Assembly: GCF_001194135.2 (NCBI RefSeq)
Contig: NC_068983.1
Span: 32,123,219-32,155,907, forward strand
Length of the DNA: 32,689 nucleotides
Origin: Octopus bimaculoides
Taxonomy: Eukaryota
Direction: 5' to 3'
The position numbers and the translations under genes were made by a program. Within the stretch, counting starts at the first letter, position 1, and each line of letters opens with the position of its first letter. Under the pieces are notes generated by a model. It did not search any database. It was not told where the DNA came from and worked only from the letters and a program-made list of their open reading frames with translations. This document shows positions 23,135 through 32,388 of the stretch, in pieces.

Positions 23135-23319
23135 CATCTTTAATTTGAACAATTCTTTTTGAACCATTTCGTATCTTGTTGCAGATTATGGTGTCTGCAT
23201 TGGGAAAATAGCGTTGAAAGCGTTTGCAGGCACCATCATCTGGGAAAGCTACTGTGTAGTTATTACACCCAAACATATTCTCCAATTCAAGTTTCATCAA
23301 AGGAATGGCAGACTCCAGT
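23135..23319 (-). CDS. PRS4-like: Class II PRPP synthetase exon
   Basis: tttcttcacag|A CTG...GAT G|gtaggt, 185 nt, phase 2 to 1. Reads LESAIPLMKLELENMFGCNNYTVAFPDDGACKRFQRYFPNADTIICNKIRNGSKRIVQIKD; compare plant VAFPDDGAWKRF...VCTKVREGDKRIV. Confidence 0.95.
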
Positions 23320-23504
23320 CTGTGAAGAAAGAAACAAAACAAAATAGTTGAGTTTTAAATTTAGAATGAATGTATGTATATTTTGTGAATGTTCTAATGT
23401 AACTGAAAATTCCAACTTTACACACTGCTCTCAATACAGCAGACCACATGATCCCAGATTCAATTCCACAGTACAGGAATGAAGTAATATGAAAAAGTAC
23501 CCTA

Positions 23505-23705
23505 TGGCAACAAGCTGAGAGTAGTTAGCATGCTAGTCGAAATGCTTAGCATCATTTCATCTGACTTTATGTTCTGAGGTCAACTTTATTTCTATCCTTT
23601 AGGGGTCAATAAAGTAAGTACCAGTTGATCACTAGGGTCAATGTAATTGACTTGTGCTCTCCCCTGAAATTGCCAGCCTTGTGCCAAAATGTGAAACCAA
23701 TATGC
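23505..23705 (+). mobile_element. Second SINE family, partial
   Basis: gaaatgcttagc...aaagtaagtaccagttgatcactagggtcaatgtaattgact resembles the aataagtac...ggggtcgatt core of the other SINE copies. Confidence 0.5.
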
Positions 23706-23952
23706 AAAAAGTGCCTTCTTCCAAAGCTTTTGGATGCACACTAATTCAATGAGAAGGTAGTTCAGCTGATCAAACAATTAAATTCACAGCATTGAAACCA
23801 ATGGAGAATGATCCATATATGTACAGAAGAGGAAGTACTTATATGGGTGACCGCTTGGGAAACCTAGGTGCTATAAGCATTCCCTTTTCATGGTGTTGCT
23901 CCAGCATGACCGCAGCCACTTGGCTGAAACGCATAAATAAATCAATAAATAA

Positions 23953-23990
<38 letters not shown>

Positions 23991-25279
23991 TCGCTACATA
24001 GATGACTGTATAGGAGCCACCTCCCTCTCCCGCGAACAGCTCTGCCTTTTCATCTCCTTCCTCTCTAACTTCCACCCTGCTCTTGACTTTACTTCTACCA
24101 TCTCTGACACCTCTGTTAACTTCCTCGACATCTCTCTTTCCGTCAACCCCGCCTCCAACTCTCTAACTACCTCCGCCTTCTTCAAACCNNNNNNNNNNNN
24201 NNNNNNNNNNNNNNNNNNNNNNNNNNNNNNNNNNNNNNNNNNNNNNNNNNNNNNNNNNNNNNNNNNNNNNNNNNNNNNNNNNNNNNNNNNNNNNNNNNNN
24301 NNNNNNNNNNNNNNNNNNNNNNNNNNNNNNNNNNNNNNNNNNNNNNNNNNNNNNNNNNNNNNNNNNNNNNNNNNNNNNNNNNNNNNNNNNNNNNNNNNNN
24401 NNNNNNNNNNNNNNNNNNNNNNNNNNNNNNNNNNNNNNNNNNNNNNNNNNNNNNNNNNNNNNNNNNNNNNNNNNNNNNNNNNNNNNNNNNNNNNNNNNNN
24501 NNNNNNNNNNNNNNNNNNNNNNNNNNNNNNNNNNNNNNNNNNNNNNNNNNNNNNNNNNNNNNNNNNNNNNNNNNNNNNNNNNNNNNNNNNNNNNNNNNNN
24601 NNNNNNNNNNNNNNNNNNNNNNNNNNNNNNNNNNNNNNNNNNNNNNNNNNNNNNNNNNNNNNNNNNNNNNNNNNNNNNNNNNNNNNNNNNNNNNNNNNNN
24701 NNNNNNNNNNNNNNNNNNNNNNNNNNNNNNNNNNNNNNNNNNNNNNNNNNNNNNNNNNNNNNNNNNNNNNNNNNNNNNNNNNNNNNNNNNNNNNNNNNNN
24801 NNNNNNNNNNNNNNNNACAGTTTCACCTTCACCTCCTCCAACCTTATTTACTGCATCAAATGCACCCTATGCAACCAACTCTACGTGGGGCAGACGGGCC
24901 GCCGGCTGGCCGACCGTTTCACCGAACACCTAAGGGACGTTCGGCTAGGTTCGGACTCCCCCGTCGCCCGTCACTTCCACTTGGCCAACCACTCTCCCTC
25001 TAACATCTCCGTTTTTGGCCTCGCCCTGCACCATGGGTCCACTCCCTCGCGACTCCACTTGGAGCAACGCTACATTTTTAACCTTAATTCTTCTTTCCCC
25101 TTCGGACTCAACGCAGCCCCCTCCTCCTTATGACTCTCCCCTTTACGTCTATGCAACACTTTTCTTTATTTATTTATTTTTATTTTTTTTAACCCCCCCT
25201 CGTCCCCTTTACATTATATCCATTATTCTCTTGTTATTACACTCACTACATTTTTCCACTTTTTATCTCACCCCTACCT

Positions 25280-26460
25280 ACATGCACACATACCCACACA
25301 AAAAATACACGCACCCATACACACACATGTAAGCACACCTACCCCCAACACACCACACACACACAACACATATGCATGCACTCACACGCTCAGACTCGCC
25401 CACACACTTATACAAACGCACATACACACGCACACTTGCACATACACACACACGCTAACAATCACACAAACATACACACACACACACACCCAAGCACACA
25501 TAGCCCACATATACCCCCATTCACAAATACCTCCCACACACCTGACAACCCATACATACCCCCATTCACACATACCTCACATACACCTACACACACACCT
25601 CCCACACACCTTACATATATACCGCCCACATACATGACAAACATACATGCGTGCCCTCACACACACATATAGACGAATGCACATATATACACACACATAC
25701 ACACCTCTCACATACACAAAACCACACACACACACACACAACACACATACACACATGCACACATACACATATACACACATGCACACATACACATATACAC
25801 ACATGCACACACACCTCTCACATACACAATACTCACTCACATACATAACACACACGCNNNNNNNNNNCACATGCACACATACACATATACACACATGCAC
25901 ACACACCTCTCACATACACAATACTCACTCACATACATAACACACACGCACGCACGAAAACACAATATACACATACACGCACAAAAAATATACACACACA
26001 CACGCAAACACACATACAGACACACATAAACACACACACACGCACATCCACACACCCACATACACACACACTTCTCACCAACACTACACGCTCACGCATA
26101 CAATCACACACACATGGGCATAAACAACACATGCACACGCACATACACAGCAACGCACATACACACAAACACACGCACAAAAACATACACATACACACAC
26201 GCGCACATACAAAATACACACACACATGCACACGTACCCAACACCTACAACCCCACACAAACACGAACACACACATACTCAAAAAACCGCCTGTTGACTT
26301 TCTACCTACACTGTCTATAAGCGTCCACCAACCATTCCTGCTACTAATTTCTTCCACTATGTCANNNNNNNNNNNNNNNNNNNNNNNNNNNNNNACACAC
26401 ACACACACACACATACATACGCACGCACACATTCTGTTATCACACACACACTCGCAGACT
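25280..26460. repeat. About 1.1 kb cryptic CA-rich low-complexity tract with local 24-nt tandem units
   Basis: Direct reading; acacatgcacacatacacatatac repeats near 25751-25800. Source of many spurious HT/CV ORFs. Confidence 0.9.
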
Positions 26461-26621
26461 CTCGCGCACGCAGATATTCATCTCCCTTTTTCACTCTCCT
26501 GTCTTAGAAAGAACTTTTCCCCCACCACCTCCTCTTCTGGTTTTTTCACAATGTAACCTCGTTGGCATCGGTACCATTTTCCTCTTTCTCCGTTCTTCCA
26601 TTCTCCAAACTTTCCATCTTT

Positions 26622-26649
26622 CCGATGAAGGGCTACGCCCAAAACGTCA
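26622..26649 (+). ncRNA. Degenerate minimal hammerhead-ribozyme motif in the Penelope 3' region
   Basis: CCGATGA-a-GGGC tac GCCC-AAAAC-GTC-a versus canonical CUGANGA-stem II-GAAAC-GUC. Two core mismatches and weak stem I pairing. Confidence 0.5.
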
Positions 26650-26800
26650 TACACTCTCTCTTTCCTTTCCTGAGCGTCCAATAACACTATCCGTATCATG
26701 TCCTCACTTTGTTGTTTTTTTGTTATTGTTTTTTTGAACCTATATATATATATACACACACACTCATACATACATACATGTGTGTGTACACGCATAAAAT

Positions 26801-26970
26801 AGGCACAGGTATTGGTGTGTAGGTAAGAAATTCATCTCCCAATCACATGGGTTTAAGTTCAGTCTCAATGCATGACACCTTGGACATGTGTCTTTTACTA
26901 TAATCCAAGACTGCCCAAAGTCTTGTGAATAGACTTGGTAAATAGAAACTGAAAGAAGCCCATCCTATAT
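26801..26970 (+). mobile_element. tRNA-type SINE 5' half, diverged
   Basis: aggcacagg...cacatgggtttaagttcagtc...gacaccttgg...gaaactgaaagaagccc, the same family as 18549. Confidence 0.7.
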
Positions 26971-27354
26971 ATCATATGTATATCATATGCGTATGTATGT
27001 ATGTATGTATGTATGCATGCATGCATGCATGTATGTATGTGTTACTGTTTTCTGGCATTGAAATCATGTAATAGTTGTAAATGAAAGTCATCAAGCAAGC
27101 GATGTTTTTATGTTCTTCATTCTCATTCTTCCATAAAAACATATCTGGTAATGGGGAATATTACCTAATATGGAAACAAATGAGAGTTGGCAACAGAAAG
27201 GGAATCTGGCTATAGAAAATCTGCTTCAACAAAACTTACATGAGCATGGAAAGCGGACATTAAAGCAATGATGATATGTGTATGTGTGTGTGTGTGTGTG
27301 TGTACATATACATGTGAGTGGTTGTATTTCCAAGTCAGTGCCTAATAGTCGGAA

Positions 27355-27386
27355 ATGAGCATCATCATCATCACCACCACCACCAA

Positions 27387-27418
<32 letters not shown>

Positions 27419-27425
27419 TCATCAT
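27355..27425. repeat. (CAT)n/(CAC)n microsatellite
   Basis: Direct reading; it produces the spurious poly-His, poly-Asp and poly-Ile ORFs. Confidence 0.9.
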
Positions 27426-27757
27426 ACAAGTGGTGTCCATTTCCAATATTTCATGGAAAGATGTCTGGTCATGGGGAAATATTACCTTCTTTGGAAACAG
27501 GCAATGGTTGGCAACAAGTAGGCTATACAGTTATAAAAAAAAAACTGTCTGTTAAAACAAAATGTATATGTGTGTGTGTGTGTATTCACATTGTTCTATA
27601 ATTTTAGACAATAAAGGTTGCTCATATCCTTTATTTTCCAACGTTGTTTTCACTTTAAACCATCTTATTACTATATCAGATCTACACCTGAAAGTAGGTA
27701 CTAATAATTATTTGTTCTTTAAATAATAATTTTTTTTTTTTAAATCATCAGTTTTAC

Positions 27758-27876
27758 CTTGGAATGACTGTGTCAGAAAAGTAAAAGCGTTCCTGAAGGG
27801 CATGGATGTCAAATATTGTTATCTGTGCTGGTCCTTTTGTAGTAAATGGAATATGAGACATTAGGCTGGCCAAAGT
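27758..27876 (-). CDS. PRS4-like: Class II PRPP synthetase exon
   Basis: ctatttacaacag|ACT...CCA AG|gtaaaa, 119 nt, phase 0 to 2. Reads TLASLMSHIPFTTKGPAQITIFDIHALQERFYFSDTVIP(R); DIHALQERFYF is class II-diagnostic. Confidence 0.95.
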
Positions 27877-28046
27877 CTGTTGTAAATAGAAAAACAATTA
27901 TAAATTCTCAGATAAGGATTAATATTTAAAGTATAACACACATCTCTTCTGTTTTTATTTATAAATATAGAAAATGTGAGAGATACAAGATTATTGGTTT
28001 AATACAACAAGCTAAATATATTTCTGTCTTTCATCTTATTAAACTA

Positions 28047-29388
28047 CTAGCTGAATTACCTGGCATTGCCCGGTTTGTGCTGTTCTTATTCAGATTAGTA
28101 AACAATAAATATGAAGATATATATTTTTTTATAATAATTATTTCAAAACATATATATTTTATTTTAAAAATATCCAAATTGTAATGATAATAGAATTTCG
28201 AACTGAAAATCTGTCGATCTCAGGGTAAACAATATTCATTGTGTAATTTTAGTTGGTGTCCAAATGAATAAATTGTTGCTGTTTCCAAGTCGACAAGCAA
28301 GCAACATACAGTTGACTGCAGGAGAAACATGTAGTACAGAGATCAAGTCCAACTACCTTGATGGATTGACTCTGAGATTTGTTAATTGAAATACCAAAAC
28401 TTAGTTTGACTGGAAACTGAAACCTCTTAAAATCAAATGGAACATCTGTGGGTATGAGAGGAAATTTTGGAATAAAGACATTTTCTTCTTTGTGATTACC
28501 TGTTATGATTGTTGCCTGTAGGATATAGGGCTTCATGGAAGTAACAATGAAGTGAGTTCCATTACACAGGCAAAGTGGGTCAAGATTCCTAAGCAACATA
28601 ATGGGGGCATCCAGCTTTAGTGTCAAGTTATGCTGTGGCATCCCAATAGGTTTAAGTGTTTTCAGAAATTCAACAGGGTATTTAACAGCCTAATCTTGAT
28701 AAACTGTTGTGTGAATTGATAGAAAAATCATTTCTGATGTATCCGTTAACTTTTGAAGAAGTTCATGATTGAGTTTATCAACTATTTCATTAGCTGGAGC
28801 CAGTATAGCTCTTTGATATAGCCAGTTTACATCAGTGTAATTGACAATCACACATACACTGATACAGACATACACTAACACAGACATTTACTAAGACAGA
28901 CACACACAGACATATATTTATGTAATGAATGTGCAAACATACACACACTCATATACAAAATGTGTCATTGTCATGGTGGTAGAAAATGTCCTTTACTATC
29001 ACATACATAACGATCATGCAAACACACACACACTGACAGACACATACTCATATACAAAATGTGTCATTGTGGTCGTGGTATAAAATGTCCTTTACTATGT
29101 TGTATATAATGAATGCGCAAACACACTGACAGACACATACACACTCATATACAAAATCTGACGTTGTGGTGATGGTATAAAATGTCCTGTACTATAGTTG
29201 ACTATAGAAAGATTATTTTCAAGAAAATATTATATTGTTTTAATCCAAATGAAAATAAAAATTACATGTTGATACTCGTGGGGTGTAATAGTATTACCTT
29301 GTAGAATTTTGTTTGATTTGGTTGAGCTGTTTGAGAATGCATAGGGAACAGACAGACAGAGAGACAAAGAATTTTATATAGAGAGAGA
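28047..29388 (-). mobile_element. Internally deleted Helitron with both termini, a PIF1-helicase remnant and a minisatellite
   Basis: The 5' end is a|TCTCTCTCTATATAAAATTC (29388) and the 3' end is hairpin ccgggcaatgccagg then taattcagCTAG|t (28047). Helicase remnants: NWLYQRAILAPANEIVDKLN (28690-28887), and MPQHNLTLKLDAPIMLLRNLDP..LCNGT...FKRFQFPVKLSFGISINKSQSQS...QLYVAC (28249-28641). Confidence 0.92.
28914..29200. repeat. About 97-bp minisatellite, roughly 3 copies, inside the Helitron 5' region
   Basis: actcatatacaaaat...gtataaaatgtcctttactat recurs at about 28948, 29047 and 29144. Confidence 0.85.
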
Positions 29389-29627
29389 TTATCTCTTACT
29401 AAGCCAACTTCTCTACGATTGCACACTTTGCTAGAAAGAGTAGTCAAATCTGTTTCAAAATACATTCTATCACCTTAGAAAATGGGCAACGCATTGAACA
29501 ATGTAGCCCAAGTAATATAAAAAGGATGGTATTGTTATATCTGGAATGCATTTAATCATTCACTCTTCAATTATTATCATTTCAAAAAAATGATGCTCAT
29601 TATAACTAAAAAAAAATAAGTATTTAC

Positions 29628-29721
29628 TTTTGCTGTAGGTATTTCACCCTCATTCTCAACTCGTTCCATTGTTCCAGTAGGAAAATATGGCAACAGAAAA
29701 TGGAATGACCTTGCACGATAT
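29628..29721 (-). CDS. PRS4-like: Class II PRPP synthetase exon
   Basis: ttttcttttgtag|A TAT...GCA AAA|gtaaat, 94 nt, phase 2 to 0. Reads YRARSFHFLLPYFPTGTMERVENEGEIPTAK; compare plant [21 protein letters not shown]. Confidence 0.95.
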
Positions 29722-29829
29722 CTACAAAAGAAAATACAGAGAATCTAATCATCAAGAGAGGGTTTTAATTAGTAGGGGAATCAGAAAAGAAATCTTGATA
29801 TCTATAAAATATAAAGACAGTTAAATGAG

Positions 29830-30158
29830 AAAAAATAACTCAAAGTCTGTAGATGCTGTTAATTATTGCAGCAAGACAAATCACAAATCCCTTCAAGTAG
29901 ATGGCCCTGCTTGATCTGTAGAAAAGGCATAGGTAGAAACTACATAAGATGCACCCGAGTAAGCTTAGGACACATAAGAAGTACAGCAATATCAGAGGAA
30001 GGTTAACAGGGAAAACAGCTTTTGTCTGTGGAAGATGCACAGGTACAATAAAAGCTGAAAATGTACAGAAAGTAACCTGCGTCAACTGTCAAGGGGGTAA
30101 GCTGGAGGTAGTATATAGCTTCCATTATCTAGGTAACCAAGCTAGTAGCGGAGGTGGC
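29830..30158 (+). mobile_element. RTE LINE fragment (PHD-like cluster to YLG..SSGGG)
   Basis: RWPCLICRKGIGRNY...NIRGRLTGKTAFVCGRCTGTIKAENVQKVTCVNCQGGKLEVVYSFHYLGNQASSGGG. Confidence 0.85.
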
Positions 30159-30174
30159 ATATATTTATGAAATA

Positions 30175-30321
30175 AAGAAGCTTGCTTCCCAACCACATGG
30201 TTCTGTGTTCAGTCCTGCTGCATGACAACTTGGGCAAGTTTCTTCTACTATATCCTTGGGCCAACCAAAGCTTTGTGAGTGGATTTGGTAGATGGAATCG
30301 GAAAGAAGCCCATCGCATGTA

Positions 30322-30365
<44 letters not shown>

Positions 30366-30581
30366 TGTTTGTGTATGTGTGTGTTTGTACCTCCACCACT
30401 GCTTGACAACTAGTGTTGGTGTGTTTGTGTCCCTGTAACTTAGTGGTTTGACAAAAGAGACTGACAGAATAAGTACCAGCCTTAAAAAAGAAGTACTGGA
30501 GTCAATTCATTCATTCGACTAAACATTTAAGGTAATGCCCCAGCATGGTCGCAGTCTAATGACTGAAACAAGTAAAAGATA
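30175..30581 (+). mobile_element. Near-complete tRNA-type SINE with central (TG)n
   Basis: Colinear with both halves of the 18549-20055 copy; ends gactgaaacaagtaaaagat plus an A-rich tail. Confidence 0.85.
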
Positions 30582-30789
30582 AAAAAAACAAAACAAATTT
30601 AAGAACAACAACAAAAAAATCTAACACTAAACAGCTATTCCAATTGCAGAACAGGCATGAAACTTGATTTTTCAATTGTTTTCTGAACTGGCATCATTGA
30701 ATCATTGACTGGTGGGTGTTAAGTTCTCAATCAACCAAGTTTGTAATTTCAGAGTTGTACTTGTCTAGCAAGTGACTTGATTTAAGACC

Positions 30790-31074
30790 ACGTGTTAAAT
30801 TTATTTCATGCCAGTGAGGCACTTGTGCAGGTGATACATAAATGGCACCCATGCCAGTAACATGTAAAAGGAACCTGTGCTGGTGACACGCAAGAGGTAC
30901 CCGTGCTGGTGACATATAATAAAAGATACCCACTACACTCTATGGAGTCATTGGCATTAAGAAGGGCATCCAGTCATAGAAACCGAGCCAAAATCAGATT
31001 GGATCCTGATACAGCTTTTGGGTTTACCAGCTCCAGTCAAACTGTCTAACTCATGCTGGCATGGAAAACTGATG

Positions 31075-31076
<2 letters not shown>
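30790..31076 (+). mobile_element. LINE-tail repeat, forward orientation
   Basis: cccactacactc...ttggcattaagaagggcatccag...atcagattgga...catgctggcatggaaaactgatgatg. Confidence 0.75.
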
Positions 31077-31108
<32 letters not shown>

Positions 31109-31499
31109 ATGTGTGTGTGTGTGTGTGTGTGTGTGCATGTGTGTGAAAGGTTTTTGTTGCCCAACTGCAACCTGGTCACTGACAGAGTTGCAGTAGAGCT
31201 GTATCAGTGACTAGGCTGTAGTTGTGTGGCCAAATATGCTAACTTCCCTTAAAATTAATTTAAATTTAAAGATAAATTTAACAGTGCTGTGCATTATTAA
31301 ATGGCTAGACTGACTCTTCCACACTGTAGCTGCTTACTTAAGTTTGCAACAAAGGTTCAGTTCCTGGTTGAATTATTTTGCTTTACTTACTATTTCTCCT
31401 GGCAAATCCAGCCACAACACATGGTGATAATTCAACAACCCATTAAAGGTCACAAAAAATATTTTTATTGGTTAATTAGCAAACTATATTGATGCTTAC

Positions 31500-31572
31500 C
31501 TTGGAAACATATAAAGAACGGAAAGTTGTTCAAATATGATCTCAGGAGAGTGGAAACTGCCAAGGAAAATGA
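31500..31572 (-). CDS. PRS4-like: Class II PRPP synthetase exon, the most 5' one in the window (N-terminal exons lie beyond 32689)
   Basis: ttttcttatttcag|TC ATT...CCA AG|gtaagc, 73 nt, phase 1 to 2. Reads (V)IFLGSFHSPEIIFEQLSVLYMFP(R); compare plant [25 protein letters not shown]. Confidence 0.93.
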
Positions 31573-32313
31573 CTGAAATAAGAAAATGATTTATGTATAA
31601 GAACTACAAAAATGATAAAGGAAATTTTGCTGAAAACAAACAAAAATAAACTTAATATATAAAATAGCTGCCTGGAATTTCGACTGTACATTGGTTTTTC
31701 AGGGATTAAGATAGTTTCACAGATCAAAATGACAAAGTAAGTGTTTAGCTTAACAGCTGTTTAGCTTAAATGGCTCAGTCTATCTAGCTGCAAATAGATA
31801 CTACAATATAAGAACAACTCACCAGTGTAAAGTAGCTGCAGTACTGCATGATAAGTTATTACTGTAAAAACCCATGTAACTTACGTACATTTTTCGCAAA
31901 AATAAAAATAAACTCTAAGGGGTGTGTAAATTACATGAGTAGCTCCTTTTCAGAATTCCTTTGAATTTTTTTTTTTTTTTTTTTTTTCTTGCAAAAAGAT
32001 GTACAAAACGTAAACATTCGTACTGGAAGTTGACTCATTTAATGTCAGAAAAGGTTTTTACAGAAAAAATGGTTTAAATATGAAGTTGACTTTTATTTAT
32101 GCTTACTTTTTCTGTATAAATTTACTAAAACCATTAAATGGTTAACTACCTTTTGAAGTCTGACGTTCATGCCGGTAAACATGGTCTGGGCCATATTTTA
32201 CATTGCTTGGAGTTTCTACCTATCACAATAGAGCACCATTGACATACATAGTGATATGGGTATTCCTGACTGAAAAAAATGTAATGATATAGATAATCTT
32301 CATTGTATGTTTT

Positions 32314-32363
<50 letters not shown>

Positions 32364-32388
32364 TATATATATACATATATATACATAC

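Larger units (their letters stand above)
1728..26394. other. Assembly gaps (N runs) at 1728-1890, 4786-4795, 5824-6386, 12415-12514, 17450-17466, 18898-19789, 24189-24816, 25858-25867, 26365-26394
   Basis: Direct reading. ORFs made of X residues across these gaps carry no information. Confidence 0.99.
23989..26735 (+). mobile_element. Penelope-like retroelement, 5'-truncated (RT C-terminus, GIY-YIG endonuclease, long 3' region), antisense to PRS
   Basis: 23989-24188 reads GRYIDDCIGATSLSREQL...NFHPALDFTSTISDTSVNFLDISL...TTSAFFKP (PLE RT, YIDD). 24819-25133 reads SFTFTSSNLIYCIKCTLCNQLYVGQTGRRLADRFTEHLRD...VARHFH...LEQRYIFNLNSSFPFGLN...* (GIY-YIG). (TA)n flanks both ends; the 3' boundary is approximate. 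Confidence 0.92.

Noticed and set aside
5773-24841. Long ORFs in the track composed mainly of X
   Set aside because: Artefacts of N gaps.
27226-27555. Poly-His, poly-Asp/Gly and poly-Thr/Ile ORFs
   Set aside because: Translations of (CAT)n/(CAC)n microsatellites at repeat tails.
31818-31950. Possible upstream PRS exon (donor ctg|gtgagt near 31822) and a nearby catgtaacttac/gtaaattacatg inverted pair
   Set aside because: The translation (VITYHAVLQLLYT) does not match the expected class II N-terminus. The inverted pair looks like a DNA-transposon end, but its boundaries cannot be defined.
32167-32376. YPYHYVCQWCSIVIGRNSKQCK, superficially like a DHHC zinc motif
   Set aside because: Lacks the following CxxC/DHHC, has no supporting exons, and does not fit the PRS frame.
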